Assembly (NCBI GenBank): GCA_010909165.1
Contig: VJWM01000227.1
Coordinates: forward strand, 124,001 to 188,000
Length of the DNA stretch: 64,000 bases
Direction of reading: 5' to 3'
DNA from: Anthoceros angustus
Taxonomy: Eukaryota; Plantae; Anthocerotophyta
Part shown: piece by piece, positions 13,257-26,527 of the stretch
Position numbering within the stretch: position 1 is the stretch's first letter
Layout of the letters: every line of letters begins with the position of its first letter
Notes under the pieces: model-generated
The model's input: only the letters and a program-made list of their open reading frames with translations
Told to the model about the DNA's origin: nothing
The model's database searches: none
Program-made: the position numbers and the translations under genes

Positions 13257-14382
13257 ATGGCAGACGAGCAACAAAGCCGACCTGAGACGTATGGAGACGT
13301 ATTCGGCCAGCAAGTCGGGGCCGATCTTGCCAACAAGCCGATCGTTCGGGAAGATGCTGCCGCGATGCAAAGCGCTGAGGGACAAGTAGGATCCGCTCCA
13401 GCGCCTGGTCGTGGACAATCTGCAAGCCTGAATTCTTGAAGCTGAACGGTGAGTTGATCGAGAGGTTTTTGCAACCACGGTGCGCAGGTTTTTGGAGTGA
13501 CGCAGAAAGGCGGGGCGGCGGCGATGATGCAGTCGGCAGCAGATCGGAGTATTCAACGAGGCGTATTGAGCCCTGACACGCCTTCCATGGTGGAGCCGCC
13601 TGGAATGCAGGTTGTGGTGGAGGCGACACCCGAAGGCCAGATCGTGGAAACCGAGTATGTCCAAGGCTCGCCTGTGGTTTCAGGTGTGGTGGCTGTGGAG
13701 CCGGCCAACCCGGCAGGTCCTCAACCCGGCGACAACGTTGAGGTGGAGTTGACGTACACGGAGACGACCACCGATGTTTACACTACAACATCTCCCATGG
13801 ATACCACAGAGCAGGAAGATGATGGACGGCCGCAGCCTGAGACCATAGGACAGGTGAACCTGTTGCATATTCTTGCCGAGAACGTGCTCTGGTTGTGACT
13901 GTCACAGTCTTGCCGAGGAGAGGCTAGAATTTTCCTTTGATACCGTTTTACCCTGGCAGGCGTTGGAGACAGCTGCGATTATGAGAGACGACAAGGAAGT
14001 GACGGAAGCTGACGCCAGAGCAGTTGAGAGCGCCGAGGCGCATGCCGCTGGAGGACATGTGTCGGCAACCGGCCCTGCCGCACTCACTCGGGCCAATGTT
14101 GGAAAAGCTGTGCTGCGCGACGTTCTGCTTGTGCGTCTCGTGAGAGCTTGTACTCATGTCTGTCACAGTTTCACGCTTCATGAAGCGCTGCCTAACGTTT
14201 CATCATTTTCCTTCCAGGACGCCACGGACAGAATGCCTCAAGATAAGGTGGTGACGAGGGAAGATGCAGCGGCAGTTGCGAGCGCAGAGGCGAGGGCTAA
14301 CAAGGGGCGCATCGAGCCTCACGGAGTGGCCGCGTCTATGCAGTCTGCAGCCGATTACAATGCTGCCATAGGAGCAGTCTGA
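13257..14382 (+). CDS. Seed maturation protein (SMP) / LEA D-34 family, 4 exons
   Basis: Exons ~13257-13386, 13488-13853, 13960-14130 and 14218-14382. Three SMP repeats: TYGDVF..KPIVREDAAAMQSAE..GGAAAMMQSAA; TIGQALE..VTEADARAVESAE; DKVVTREDAAAVASAE..GVAASMQSAADYN. Confidence 0.9.
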
Positions 14383-14533
14383 GGCGGATGCATCGGCGCA
14401 GCATGTTGTGGATAGACAGGCTAGTGTGAACTGGATCGGTTGTGGTATCATGTACAGTGTATACATAGTACATAAAGAGTGGCTCATGCTGAACAAAATT
14501 CCTTGCCAGAAGCAAACCACTTTGCAATTGGCT

Positions 14534-16721
14534 TCAGGATTCGGGTGCCTCCGCGGACGCTTTCTCTGCCGCCTGCCATCTTCTCAAGTATTCCTTATAC
14601 TCTACTCCACTTCTTCGCCTGACCTGTTTTGCACCATCGAACAACCGATCAGTACAAGTGCTGGTTGGTGGAAGCTGAGGTACATTTGCTCCAGCGGATA
14701 TCAACTTTGATGACTGTAGAAGATTTACCCGTGAGCGGAGCGATTTTTTCCGTGTTCCCTTCTCGGACTCCGTTGTAAACTTTTGCCTTTCGGCCTGCAG
14801 GTCACAGCAACAAAATGGAATGAATGACGAGTAAGAGCGGACGCCGAAACGTGAAAGGAAGTGAAGATAAGAGACGTACCCCGTGCGCATCCTCTTCACC
14901 CATTGAGAGGATCGATAAATGCTTGACGAAGTCGCTGTCTATGATGCCCATGTTTTCGTGGGGTGGCCCGTTCGCGCATGCCCCAAACTTCACGTCGAGT
15001 CCCCATCCCAGCACTAAGTCGTTCTACAAAAAAGAAATGTTAAGGGCAGAAACAAGTAAGAACAGGAGCCTCATCCAACGCACTTCCAACTTTTCAATGC
15101 TCCGCACATACAGTAATTCTCAAAGGTTTACTTTCATCCGGAAGGAATCAAACCAAGCAACCCATATTCCTTCTGCATCATATGTAGGTACCTGAATCAT
15201 ATGCCAAACACATCTCCACGCTCTCCTCGAAAACACTGGAGCCATGCCCTCCACAAACCTGAAGACAAAACTAGGTGAGGGGTTTGGTAAGCGCACGTTT
15301 TGGGTAAGACTGGCCTGTGGCATTAGTCGGTGTTGAAGGAAGCGTACCCGGCACAAGGAATTTCTGTGGATCCATCCCTGCACATTGTGATGTTCTTGTA
15401 CTTAGCTGGGACGAGTGTGTTTATTCTCCTGTGCATCTCACTGCCGTTAATGAGCACTGTAAGGAGATGGTGCACATTCTGGTCCAGACTCAGTGCCGGC
15501 TGAGATATCTCCAAACCATGCTTCCTCATCACTTCCACGTACCTGTAAATCCGGTAGCGTCAAGATGCAGCAGGCCTAGGCCGAAGCATTCTTCACTACA
15601 GTCCTAACCTCAGAGCCTCGTACCTGACAGGATTCAGATGCTCCAGATCCAAGTCTTCATCCCAGAGGAAGATGTAGTCATATGGTTCCAGCAAGCTTGG
15701 ATGCAGAAACCGCTTTGCATACCACCTGCCGATACAGCGGCAAACTAAGCCTCGCCTCCCAGCGCTCAAACAAGACTCGGCAACCAAATTCAAATTCTTG
15801 CTTTACTAAGATTACCATTTCCCTTGCGCAGGGACCTGGATGTGGATAGCTCGTCTGCTCCATTCGAACTGCTTCCACTCTTTGCAGGAAGACTCGTCGT
15901 AGTGGAACAGCACAAGGGTGAAGTTCTCTGCAGGGAACTGCCGCTCTCACCATCAAATCCCACCCCGAAACATTCCCCCACCTCAACAGCTTGATTCACG
16001 AGCAGAGCAAAAGTGGCACCTTACCTTCTGAATCATCCTGTCGACATTGGCCATGTGGTGCATCCCAATAGGCATTGCCAGCAGATTCCTAGGCTGCCCA
16101 GCTTCTATAAGATCCTAACCAGCCCAAACGAACAAATTTGAAACCATCGACGTCAGCAAATGTCTAAATCCCTTCATCCAAGGACACTGAGCTGTATAAA
16201 CCGCGCTGCATCCACCACACCCACCTCATCCGGCTTCCCCCAGATTCTGCGAGGATACAGGTCAGAGCTTGTCTGCACCATCTGCCTCGGAATTCGCTGC
16301 ACATCGTCATCAAATTCCAAGCCCCCCTTCCATCGCAGCAGCTGGGCCCCCAAACTCTGGATAGAACTCCTAAGCCCTTCATTCTCCTGCTCCAGCTGCC
16401 GAGCCCTTCCCCTCAGCTGCTCCAACTCCCCAGCCTCCCGCCCAGGCCCAGCATTTTCGCCCGCACATTTCCCGCCTTGCAGCAGCTGAAGTCGATTCGA
16501 CACCTGCCCCTGCAAGCCACAATCTGAATGTCATCCGGATACTTCCCCTAAACCCTCTACCAATCCCAGCAGCAAATGCAGCAAACAGCGTGGACACAAA
16601 CCGATCTGCTCAGCATCAAGCCGCTGTCCAAGAGAGTAGCCGATATCAGCACCACCCACAACAAGCACCATTTCTTCTGAGAAGGCGGAATCTGAAAGCA
16701 ATTCACAATCACGCCCTCCAT
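14534..16721 (-). CDS. DUF707 family protein (type II membrane, putative glycosyltransferase-like), paralog 1, multi-exon
   Basis: Exons encode DLYPRRIWGKPDE, NLLAMPIG..NVDRMIQK, FTLVLFHYD, WYAKRFLHPSLLEPYDYIFLWDEDL, HGLEISQPAL, FVEGMAPVFSRRAWRCVWHMIQ, NDLVLGWGLD and VRRRSGVEY..RW. There is an N-terminal TM segment. The start at 16721 is inferred. Confidence 0.88.
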
Positions 16722-17925
16722 GCTCGCAGAATGTCCTGGGCAGGCTTCTTGTGCGTTCAAACTTCCAAAATTCCTCCCCGCTGGCGCTGTCGGGCCAAGC
16801 CCAAGGCTCGAGGCATCCAACGTTGAAAAGCCATGGTGCATCGAATTGTTGGCTGCAGCAGCCGTTGTCAGTTTCCAATCATGACAGCTTTTCAATAAAT
16901 AAGCAGCTGCTACACTGCACATTTGACTACTCTATACGTACTTTCCGACCGACGAGCGTCCAGTATTCGTACAGGCGTCACGCCCCAGTGGAACCACCAA
17001 CCTTTCGATCCCACGACCGAGAAGCATCTAGAGCTCATAGGTACATGGTATACATACATCCGAATAATTATTATATTGATATTAACTTTTATTAATAATA
17101 TATAATTAATCATTATATATTATAGGTCTAAACACAAAATAGTTTAAACATCAAAGTAGTCTGAATATAATTAACCTGAACTTATACATATACATTAGTT
17201 CTTACACTAATTAACGATGGTAAGATAATCTTAAAATATTATTACAATTAACTAAAAATACAAGCACTTAGAATCATATCATACCGTACCATTCTGATCT
17301 ACCATATGCCTAATCAACACTAATCCTTGTTTAAACAACATAGATGTTTAAATTTACTACTAATAAATTTTTGAATAAAATTAAATAAATAATTTAATTA
17401 ATTTATGTTCATCAACCTCCTTTTCACCATAGAAACATAGTAGCGTCAATCTCAAAATAGAGTGGGGCACAAGATGAAAATGGCATACATACTTGGATCA
17501 AGTGAAACAATCGACGACCAACCAGCCCACTCGCTTCATCCACACACGACCACCTCAGAGCCAAAGCTACCATAGCCGGATACGGCCAGGTGGCGAGAAC
17601 CCTAGGAGGTAAGGGTATTCTGGATTATAAGTCAGCTGAAATAATGGATAGGATAAATAGTTTAGGACAGTTAGATACGGTTAATGCCCAGTTTTACATT
17701 GACAAAAGGGGAAAGAAATGCAACTGACCCCAACTAACCCCCGGTAGAAAACTGAAACCAACTGCTAGAATAGCGAAACCAAGTAAAAGGTAGTTTAACG
17801 AGGGTAGCACAGCCTTCTTGGCCTACACCCTGCCCGTGTATTTGTACCCAATCATGAAAGCGAACAATACAGTCCATTTTCCCTGGAACATTGAGACCTG
17901 AGCTGGCGCAGCTTCGTAGCATCTT

Positions 17926-17938
17926 TGGTATCGGAGCC
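17926..17938 (+). other. Primer-binding site, tRNA-iMet type (one mismatch)
   Basis: TGGTATCGGAGCC lies 4 nt after a CA that could end an LTR (17920-17921). Confidence 0.6.
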
Positions 17939-18138
17939 TGGTTTGTGACCGTCTGCGATCTGAAGGTAGAGACAGGCAAATCGGATTCCAGTGGGACGTA
18001 GCTACGAGAGGGCGCGCCGGGCGAGCGGGTGGAGACACGTGCTAGCAATAGATCAAAATCCACCTGGGGAGATCAAGCGGGGGAAAACAGTGAGGCTCGG
18101 AAAGGAACATAGGTTGGGTCTGGATCCTTGACCTCTCG

Positions 18139-21100
18139 AATTCCAGCCACACCTTCCTGTGGACCACTCTTGCTAGGAAGGGATTTGTAGACGGATTGGA
18201 GGGGACCCTGCATTGGCAACATCGGCGCCATCGCTCCAGTCAGCGTCAACGACTTCTAAGAAGCTGACATCCCAAAAAAATCCAACATAATCCCTTAGCG
18301 AAGGCACAGCATGAGTGATCGCGTCCTCCCTGCCGAGAGGCGGAGGAGCTGGTATAGGAGTGGCACCTCGACATTTTTCAGGCAGTATGGACCTTTGACA
18401 GCGTTGCGCTAGTCCGGGAATACGCCCGGAAGATGTTGGCTGCAGCCACCAAGGCTGTCCGCTCTAAGAGCTTGCGGAAGGACCCGAGGAGGTGGACTGT
18501 GGAGGTCCTTAGAGCGGTCTACTATCGCCCAGCAAAGGAAGTAGGGGGCATAGTGTCGGAGCCCCTGAAGGTGAAAGGGAAGGTGGAAGCCGCCAATGTG
18601 GCAATCTTGAGGCCGGAGACGCAGTGGTCCTCCAACGGATGGCTCATGTCGGACCTGCTGGACCGACGAGTGAGGGCAGTGGCAAAAATTATCGTCCACT
18701 GGAATATGCTCACCAAGGTAGATCACCTTGGTGACAATCTGTTGGTCTTCTTGCATGCCCTTCAGCGAGGCAAGAGGGCAGATTGGGGGCGAACTGACAA
18801 GGCGATCTTGAGTGCTAGTGATGAAGACCGTCCATCCCAAGGGATTGGAGATCGGGTACGTCGCCGGGCACAACCCCGCGATCCTGAAGCTGCAGACGTA
18901 CACACCGACTACACCTCTGAACCGGTGGTGCGGCGGCGTGGGCGACCGAGAAAACGAGAAAACCCGGTTGACATCCCACAGCAAGCTGCACACTTGACAT
19001 TTGAAGGGCTGGATGAGAGAGGTGCCGAGGGAGTTGCACGGGAGAAGGCCTTGCGACAAGTTGAAGAGAAGACGGTCAGTGTTGAACGTACCTGCGACGA
19101 GTTACGCTCGTCCTTGTTTCGCAAAGACCAACAGCTGGTAAAGGTGGAATGGGCTGTCGAACGGATCGAAGCCCAAGTGGGGGAGGGTCAGACCCGGCTG
19201 GAGAGGCAGCTGGAGGGTGTGCTTCAGACGTTGGAGCAATCAACACCCCCTAGGCGCTCACCAACCCACACCTCCAGATGTGGTGCCAACCAAGCCTGTG
19301 CAGTCAAGGGAAGGCACTCAACTCTCTACACCACTAGTTGGTACAGCGCCGGGAGGAAATTCAAACAAAAAAAGGGAAGGAGAAAGACAATACCCATCAA
19401 ACTTTTGTGAACGTGAGTTGAATTTGGAGGACGAAGAGCAGCTGAAGAAGCTTGTCGTGGAGCTCCAACCTGGCAAAGAAGACAACAAGGACACAAAAGC
19501 CATCGTAAGACGTCTGCAAATGATGAGTGCGAACAGGAACATCGGCGAAATCAAGCGAGAGTGCAGGGGAGAAGAATACCCATTCAAACCGAAACCCCAA
19601 TTAGACAAGGAATTGCAACGCAAGATCAAAACCACGACGTTCGATGGGAGTGCGAAGGACGCCCAAAGTGTACATAATTGGTTAGACAAGCTTGACAAGT
19701 ACCTTGCTGCATCTGACAAAGATGATTTGCAGAAGATCCAGTTTTGTGTGATGTCTCTAGAAGGATTCGCCTACCGGTGGTGCAAAAAGCAGGTCGACCT
19801 GGGCATGGAAGCCCCGGTGTATTCTTGGTCAGTCTTTTGACAACTTTTCTTGGAACAATTCCAGCCACACCTTCACATGGACCACTCTTGCTAGGAAGGG
19901 ATTTGTAGACGGATTGGAGGGGACCTGCATTGGCAACATCGGCGCCATCGCTCCGGTCGGCGTCAGCGACTTCTAAGAGGCGACATCCCAAAAATCCAAC
20001 ATAATCCCTTAGCGAAGGCACGGCGCGGTGATCGCGTCCTCCACGGAGAGGAGGCTGGTATAGGAGTGGCACCTCGACATTTTCGGTATGGACCTTTGGC
20101 GTTGCGCTAGTCCGGAATACGCCCGGAAGATGTTGGTTACCACCAATTTGTCGCTCTAAGAGCTTGCGGAAGGACAGGAGGTGGGCATGGAGGTCCTTAG
20201 AGCGGTCTACTATCGCCCGACAAAGTAGGGGCATAGTGTGAGCCCCTGAAGGTGAAAGGGAAGGTGGAAGCCGCCAATGTGGCAATCTTGAGGCCGGAGG
20301 CCGCGGTGGTCCTCCAGCGGATGGCTCATGTCGGACTGGCGGACCCGTGAGTGAGGCGATGGCAAAATTATCGTCCGGAATATGCTCACCAGGTAGATCA
20401 CCTTGGTGACAATCTGTTGGTCTTCTTGCATGCCCTTGAGAGGCAAGAGGCGATTGAGGCCCGGCAAGCGATCTTGAGTGCTAGTGATGAAGACCGTCCA
20501 TCCCAAGGGATTGGAGATCGGGTGCGTCATGGGCACAACCCGCGATCGAAGGCGTACACGAGCTACACCTCTGAGCCGGTGGTGCGGCGTGGGCGGCCAG
20601 AAAGCGAGAAAACCGGTTGACATCCCAGCCATTGCACACTTGACATTTGAAGGTGGATGAGAGAGGTGCGAGGAGTTGCAGGAGAAGGCCTTGCGACAAG
20701 TTGAAGAGAAGGCGGTCGGTGTTGAGCGTACTGCGACGAGTTCGCTCGTCCTTGTTTATAAAGACCAACGGTGGTAAAGGTGGAATGGGTATCGAGCGGA
20801 TCGAAGCCAAGTGGGGAGGGTCGAGACCCGGTGGAGGCGGTGGAGGTGTGCTTGACGTTGGAGCAATCAACACCCCTAGGCTCACCAACCCACACCTCCG
20901 GATGTGGTGCCAACCAAGCTGTCTCGATCAGGAAGGCACTCAACTCTCTACACCACTAGTTGAGTGCAGTGGGGAGGAAATTCAAACAAAAAGGGAAGGA
21001 GAAAGACAATACCCATCAAACTTTTGTGAACGTGAGTTGAATTTGGAGGACGAAGAGCAGCTGAAGAAGCTTGTCGTGGAGCTCCAACCTGGCAAAGAAG

Positions 21101-21493
21101 ACAACAAGGACACAAAAGCCATCGTAAGACGTCTGCAAATGATGAGGTACGAACACTGGGAACATCAGCGAGGGAAATCAAACAGAGAGGTACAGGGAGA
21201 AGAATACCCATTCAAACCGAAACCCCAATTAGACAAGGAATTGCAACGCAAGATCAAAACCACGACGTTCGATGGGAGTCGAAGGGCGCCCAAAGTGTAC
21301 ATAATTGGTTAGACAAGCTTGACAAGTACCTTGCTGCATCTGACAAAGATGATTTGCAGAAGATCCAGTTTTGTGTGATGTCTCTAGAAGGATTCGCCTA
21401 CCGGTGGTGCAAAAAGCAGGTCGACCTGGGCATGGAAGCCCCGGTGTATTCTTGGTCAGTCTTTTGACAACTTTTCTTGGAACAATTCCAGCC
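18139..21493. repeat. Direct tandem duplication (18139-19866 repeated as 19857-21493); second copy indel-rich
   Basis: The junction is on the microhomology aattccagcca. The gag text ELNLEDEEQLKKLVVELQPG occurs twice. Confidence 0.88.
18433..19410 (+). CDS. Transposon-associated orphan ORF, homologous to 28600-29150(-)
   Basis: VRSKSLRKDPRRWTVEVLRAVYYRP..SSNGWLM..HWNMLTKVDHLGDNLLVFLHALQRG is shared with the 28657-29106 ORF and a degraded copy at ~20100-20880. Confidence 0.6.
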   Translation: MLAAATKAVRSKSLRKDPRRWTVEVLRAVYYRPAKEVGGIVSEPLKVKGKVEAANVAILRPETQWSSNGWLMSDLLDRRVRAVAKIIVHWNMLTKVDHLGDNLLVFLHALQRGKRADWGRTDKAILSASDEDRPSQGIGDRVRRRAQPRDPEAADVHTDYTSEPVVRRRGRPRKRENPVDIPQQAAHLTFEGLDERGAEGVAREKALRQVEEKTVSVERTCDELRSSLFRKDQQLVKVEWAVERIEAQVGEGQTRLERQLEGVLQTLEQSTPPRRSPTHTSRCGANQACAVKGRHSTLYTTSWYSAGRKFKQKKGRRKTIPIKLL

Positions 21494-21794
21494 AGTGAAC
21501 CACTTTAAGGATTTATATCAGCAGTTTCGGAAGATCTTCTAACAAGGCACAATGCAAGAGTATTGTGACAAGTTTCTACAACTCACGCTAGACATGCCAA
21601 GGTTAGACGAGGAACAGAAGGTCGAAAAGTTCATCGACGTACTAAAGTTTGAAATGAGGGCTGATGTAAACCAAACAAATTCGGCTACCTTGATCAAGGC
21701 AATGAGGGCAGCCATTAACTATGGCACAAACAAATACAAACATCTCTCTTCTGCAGGGAATTCGATGATGAATTCGAATTCATCAACTGGCTGA
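19217..21794 (+). pseudogene. Gypsy gag (duplicated, with stops and frameshifts)
   Basis: TTFDGSAKDAQSVHNWLDKLDKY..LEGFAYRW and MQEYCDKFLQL..DEEQKVEKFIDVLK form a retrotransposon gag pattern. Confidence 0.75.
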
Positions 21795-21838
21795 GAGAGA
21801 CCGGGAAGTCCACTAGAGTAGGCAGCTTTGCCCCAACG

Positions 21839-22480
21839 ATGCCTAAGAGTGGTCATGCCATCCACACAGCCGAGGTTAGTACCCCTGCTACGGCAGCTGC
21901 AATTTTTGAGAAAACTAATACACCAGAGAGTTACCTGAGCCACGTGCCCATCAAACTAGAAGTCAGTCTCGAAGGTGCTCGAGCCACAGCCTTGCTTGAC
22001 TCGGGTGCCAGTCATCATTATGTGTATAGAGCTGCCGCCGAAAAGGCTGGCCTGCAGATCCGATCTTCCGGACAAGTGTCCACAGTAGACACTGCCTTAG
22101 GAGAGCATGAAACCAACAAGGAAGAGTGGGCAGAAGTTGTTATCACCTTTCCAAGTGGTTTCGCTGAAACCTTCAAGCTGACTGTAATGCCCTCCCTTTG
22201 TCATGATCTCATCATAGGCAAACCCTGGCTAGCCAAACACACCAACAAGTTAGACATAGACTGGTTGTCCAATGTAGTCAGTCTCAGAATAGGTAGGGAC
22301 ATGTATGTCATGCAGGGGGGACGGTACCCTCCTGATAAGCAGTTGTTTGCAGTGTCCGCTTTTAATAAAGCAACTGCCTCTAGCAGATTCCTGTATATAG
22401 CGAAGCTAAAAAGAGTCATGCCCTTGGAAGGCACTCCTGAGTCCAAAGCTGCAGAAGCCAAGGCCGCCACTGTTCAAGAG
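21839..22480 (+). pseudogene. Gypsy aspartic protease
   Basis: ATALLDSGASHHYV..HDLIIGKPWLAKH..IDW. The reading is broken at the junction with the Copia integrase. Confidence 0.85.
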
Positions 22481-25400
22481 GTCTGCGAACCCTTGTGGAC
22501 CTTCTAGGAGGTTCTGACTGAAGAACCGGCATCACATACTCAACCGGATCGTCAACAAACCAGTCATCAGAAAGGTCAGGCAGCACAAAAGCTTGCACAG
22601 GGAGATCAGGGAGACCAGCAACTGGAGCAGCATCAGGCTGAGGGTCATCATCATCATCTGAGGGGGGAGGAGGATCTGGTGCTGGAGGAGGATGAGGGAG
22701 AACTGGTACAGCAGGAGGAACTTGTGGCTGCTGTGGATCAGGGCCTCCAGGAGGATCAGGTACAAGGTAAGAAGGATCTTGACCAGGGAATTCTACGACG
22801 TCATAATCACTAACGTCCACCATGGGGTCAGTAACATTGATTCCGGTGGGGTGAGCCAGTTCTACAGACTCAGGATCTACAAAATCGTCAAAGGAGTGTG
22901 TAGGAGGCTCAAGAACAGGACGTTCATCGAAGGCTACAGTACGAGCATGAATGACACGACGGGTTTGTGGTTCAAACAACTTATAACCGTGTATTCCAGG
23001 AGTGTAGCTTATGAAGATGTGTCTTTTAGATTTAAAAGAAAACTTCTGACGTAGCTTGTCTGGGATATGTGCATAGGCTGTACTACCAAAAACTCGAAGG
23101 TGAGAAAGATCAGGCTTACTACTAGTCCATGCTTGAAGGTACTTGCAGGAGGAGGCACTATCTGTTTTGTAAATCGTTGCCACTTGTCGACTTACGCGAG
23201 CAATTGGTAACCTCCACAAGCAGTGACTGGCAACATCTTGAATAGTCCTATGTCTCCTTTCCGCACGTCCGTTCATATCTGAATGATATGGTATGGTGAG
23301 TTGGCGCGTGATTCCCTTCTCTTGGCGAAATTCACGGAAGGTCAGATAGATATTCCTTTCCATTATCGAGCGTATGCACTTTAGCTTCTTGATCCGATGC
23401 GCCTCTGCATATGCTAGATATCTTTTGAAGCTATCGAAGACTGACTTTTGATGAAGGAGTTCGGTGACAATAAAATGGGATCGGTCATCTTCAAACAACT
23501 TATAACCGTGTATTCCGAGTGTAGCCTATGAAGATGTGTCTTTTAGATTTAAAAGAAAACTTGGCGAGCTTATGCGGGATATGTGCATAGGGTACTACCA
23601 AAACTCGAAGGTGAGAAAGATCAGCTTACTACTAGTCCATGCTTGAAGCTGACCATGAAGAGGAGGCAGCTATCTGTTTTGTAAATCGTTGCCACTTGTA
23701 CCGCCGAGCTTGGTAACCTCCACAAGCAGTGACTGGCAACATCTTGAATAGTCCTATGTCTCCTTTCCGCACGTCCATTCATATCTGAATGATATGGAAT
23801 GGTGAGTTGGCGCGTGATTCCCTTCTCTTGACAGAATTCCTGGAAGGCTGTAGATAGATATTCCTTTCCATTATCAGAACGTATGCACTTTAGCTTCTTC
23901 AGTCCAGTCTGCCTCTCTGCATATGCTAGATATCTTTTGAAGCTGTCGAAGACCTGACTTTTCTGATGAAGGAGTTCGGTGACAATAAAATGGGATCGGT
24001 CATCTTCAAACACAACAAAGTACCTTGCTCCTCCCCATGAGTTAACTGACATTGGCCCACAGATATCTGTGTGGACCAAATCTAACAGTTCTGTTGCCTG
24101 GCGAGGTTTTCCACTACCGAAATTCCACTGTTTACCATGCACGCAAGCAACACACAAATCAAGATCAGGTAACTCAGTTTCACCAAATCCAGTTAACATT
24201 TTTTCTCGCAGCAGTCTTCGCATAGCTTTGATATTGGGATGCCCCAGCCTACAGTGCCACTTAAATGCACTCGTAGCTAACTTGTTCGAAACTGATGCAT
24301 TTGATGCAATTGCAGATACTGGAGGAATGTCTTATATGAAGTCCATAAGGTAGAGATCAAACAGTGGCTTTCCTCGCGCAATGGGGACAATTGGTGCTGA
24401 CAATCTCGATATATAACATTCAGTGCTTTCAAAGGTGATCCTGTATTGATTCGTCTTTCCAAGTGCCATAGTGCTGACCAAATTTTTAGCAATTGCTGGA
24501 ACATGTAAAGCATTCTCTAAAAATAAGAAGCTGCCATCCTTCAAAGTAATCTGTATGGTTCCAGAACCCCAAATAGGTATTGTGGATTCATCTCCTAATA
24601 CTACTGTAGTTTGATGGCACTCAGGAGAAGGCTCATAGGTAAGGAATGATTTATTCTTCGAGCACATATGATTCGAGGCCCCACTGTTAAGGAACCACTT
24701 CTGACACCCTTTCTTCGATGAGGTAAGACACGCCACCTGTAAGCCAGGTGTAGTAGCTATGGCTGTATTTGACTCTGATGTGTGCTTACCTTTTGCTGCT
24801 TCATCTCTAATCCTCTTCCTATAGTCTTTAATCCAGTGTCCTAGTTTGTTGCAATAATTGCAATTACCAGGCTTGGTTGATGAAGAGGAATTTGAATTGG
24901 GCTGCGAAGACTGACCACGTCCTCTACCAAAGCCCCCTTTACCACCACGTCCACGTCCCCTGCCTCTACCTCGACCTCTGCCAGAATAAAGGGCAGTATC
25001 ACTCTGCTTGTGAGAACTAGAGGATGCTCCCTTTGCATGTGTTTTCTGTTGGCTTCAGCCCGTAGGAGGGCTCCAACAACTTTCTGAACAGTGAGGTTTG
25101 ATGATGCAGGTTGAGTGGCAGTGGCAGGAACTACGATTGCTGCTGCTTGCTGATTGGAACTAAACTGCTCATAACTAGGAGGAAGTGAGGCTATCAACTG
25201 TACTGCAGCCCTAGACTCAGACAGGATGACTCCGCAAGATGCTAGTTTGGCTCTAGCAGCCCTAAACCTAGCAACATGACTCTCAACAGAGTCGGTCTCC
25301 TTCATGAGGAGATTTTGGAAGTGCAGCGTTGCAGCTACCTCGGTCATCATGTCTTTTGACTCGTAGGTTTCAGATAAAAGTGACCAGACTTTGTTTGAGG

Positions 25401-26527
25401 ACTGAGTCAATTTTATATGAGGAATCATCTCTGTGCGAAGACACAAGTATGGTACGTGCCTTCCTGTCCTTGAACGCCCACTCTAATTCATCCTTGAGGT
25501 TCCAATTTATAACAGTGCCTCCTGGTGTTGTTGACCTAGAGGGCAGTCCAGCAATCTTCTTAGGTATAGTGCCGTCTACAAGATCCACGAGTGGTTTTTC
25601 TTCTAGGATGCAGCGCACCCTAAAGCTCCAGGCATCGTCATTATTCGGGGTGAGTCTATCCTTATCTTGCAACTTGTCTGACGATGTGTCAGCATTAGCA
25701 CCCGACATCGTGCCTGCGAGCAGTCTTGACAAAAATTATTAGGAGGATTTAGTCAGGCGAGCAAGTTGCTCCCTGAGTTCCATAATTTCCTGCTCCTGTT
25801 TTGCCATGGTTATCAGGTCTGAAATGCAAAGACTCTCAAGCCTCTCCTGCCTGGATAGCACGTTGTCAATTCTGGTAGTGTACTCCAACACTGTGCTCTT
25901 GATATTCAGAATAGAATTGAGAATGACTTCATGCTTTGTAAAAGTCTCAGGATAAGGCTTCGACGGGCCTGAACACCCTTCTCTTTGGGTTCAGGTTTAT
26001 CAGAAGTTGCACACTTATGGTACATTGGATCGAAGCGGAGAATTGAGGAAGGTGCTTAGGCGGGCCTGTCGCTCTCTCGCGGATCTGAGACTTCTTGAAG
26101 TACCTCCTTTCAAATTCTGACTCAGATGAATGGTGCGCCCTTCTCCCTTCCGTCTCTGGCCAGGATTGCATGTAGGAATTCTTGCGAGGCATCCTTCCAG
26201 GGATCCTCGGGGTTACTTGGCAATTGAGTCCAAGAACCCTAACATTCTGTAAAGATTATGAGAGAAAGGGAACAATTGCCATGTGCGCAACAAGGTACAA
26301 GCCTTTCAGCTCTGATACCAAGTTGAGTTTTCCTCCGCGCTCGTATACTCGCTGAACGATCTTCACGCACACAAACACAGCAACGAAAGATAGATTATAC
26401 AAGGGGAACTAGGAGCATATATCCTGTTCCCACAAAACGGTTACAACCAATAACTGACTTTAGGGTTTACCCTCATATTAGGTATAACCCAATGCATAAT
26501 AGTAATGTATTATTATTATTCGTAACA
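22480..26527 (-). mobile_element. Ty1/Copia LTR retrotransposon: 5' LTR, PBS, gag, protease and integrase; RT and 3' LTR missing
   Basis: gag at 24841-25732 (AWSFRVRCILEEK, LIASLPPSYEQF), protease WFLNSGASNHMC at 24332-24736, and integrase LVHTDICGPM..SDNGKEY..NGRAERRHRT, PDLSHLRVFGS, PRRSTRVRRP. The integrase segment is tandemly duplicated (~22980-23500 vs ~23500-24010). Confidence 0.92.
26309..26527 (-). repeat. Copia 5' LTR (~26324-26527, TG...CA) and tRNA-iMet PBS (26309-26320)
   Basis: The minus strand begins TGTTACG at 26527 and ends ...CTCA. Three nt later comes an exact TGGTATCAGAGC. Confidence 0.8.
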
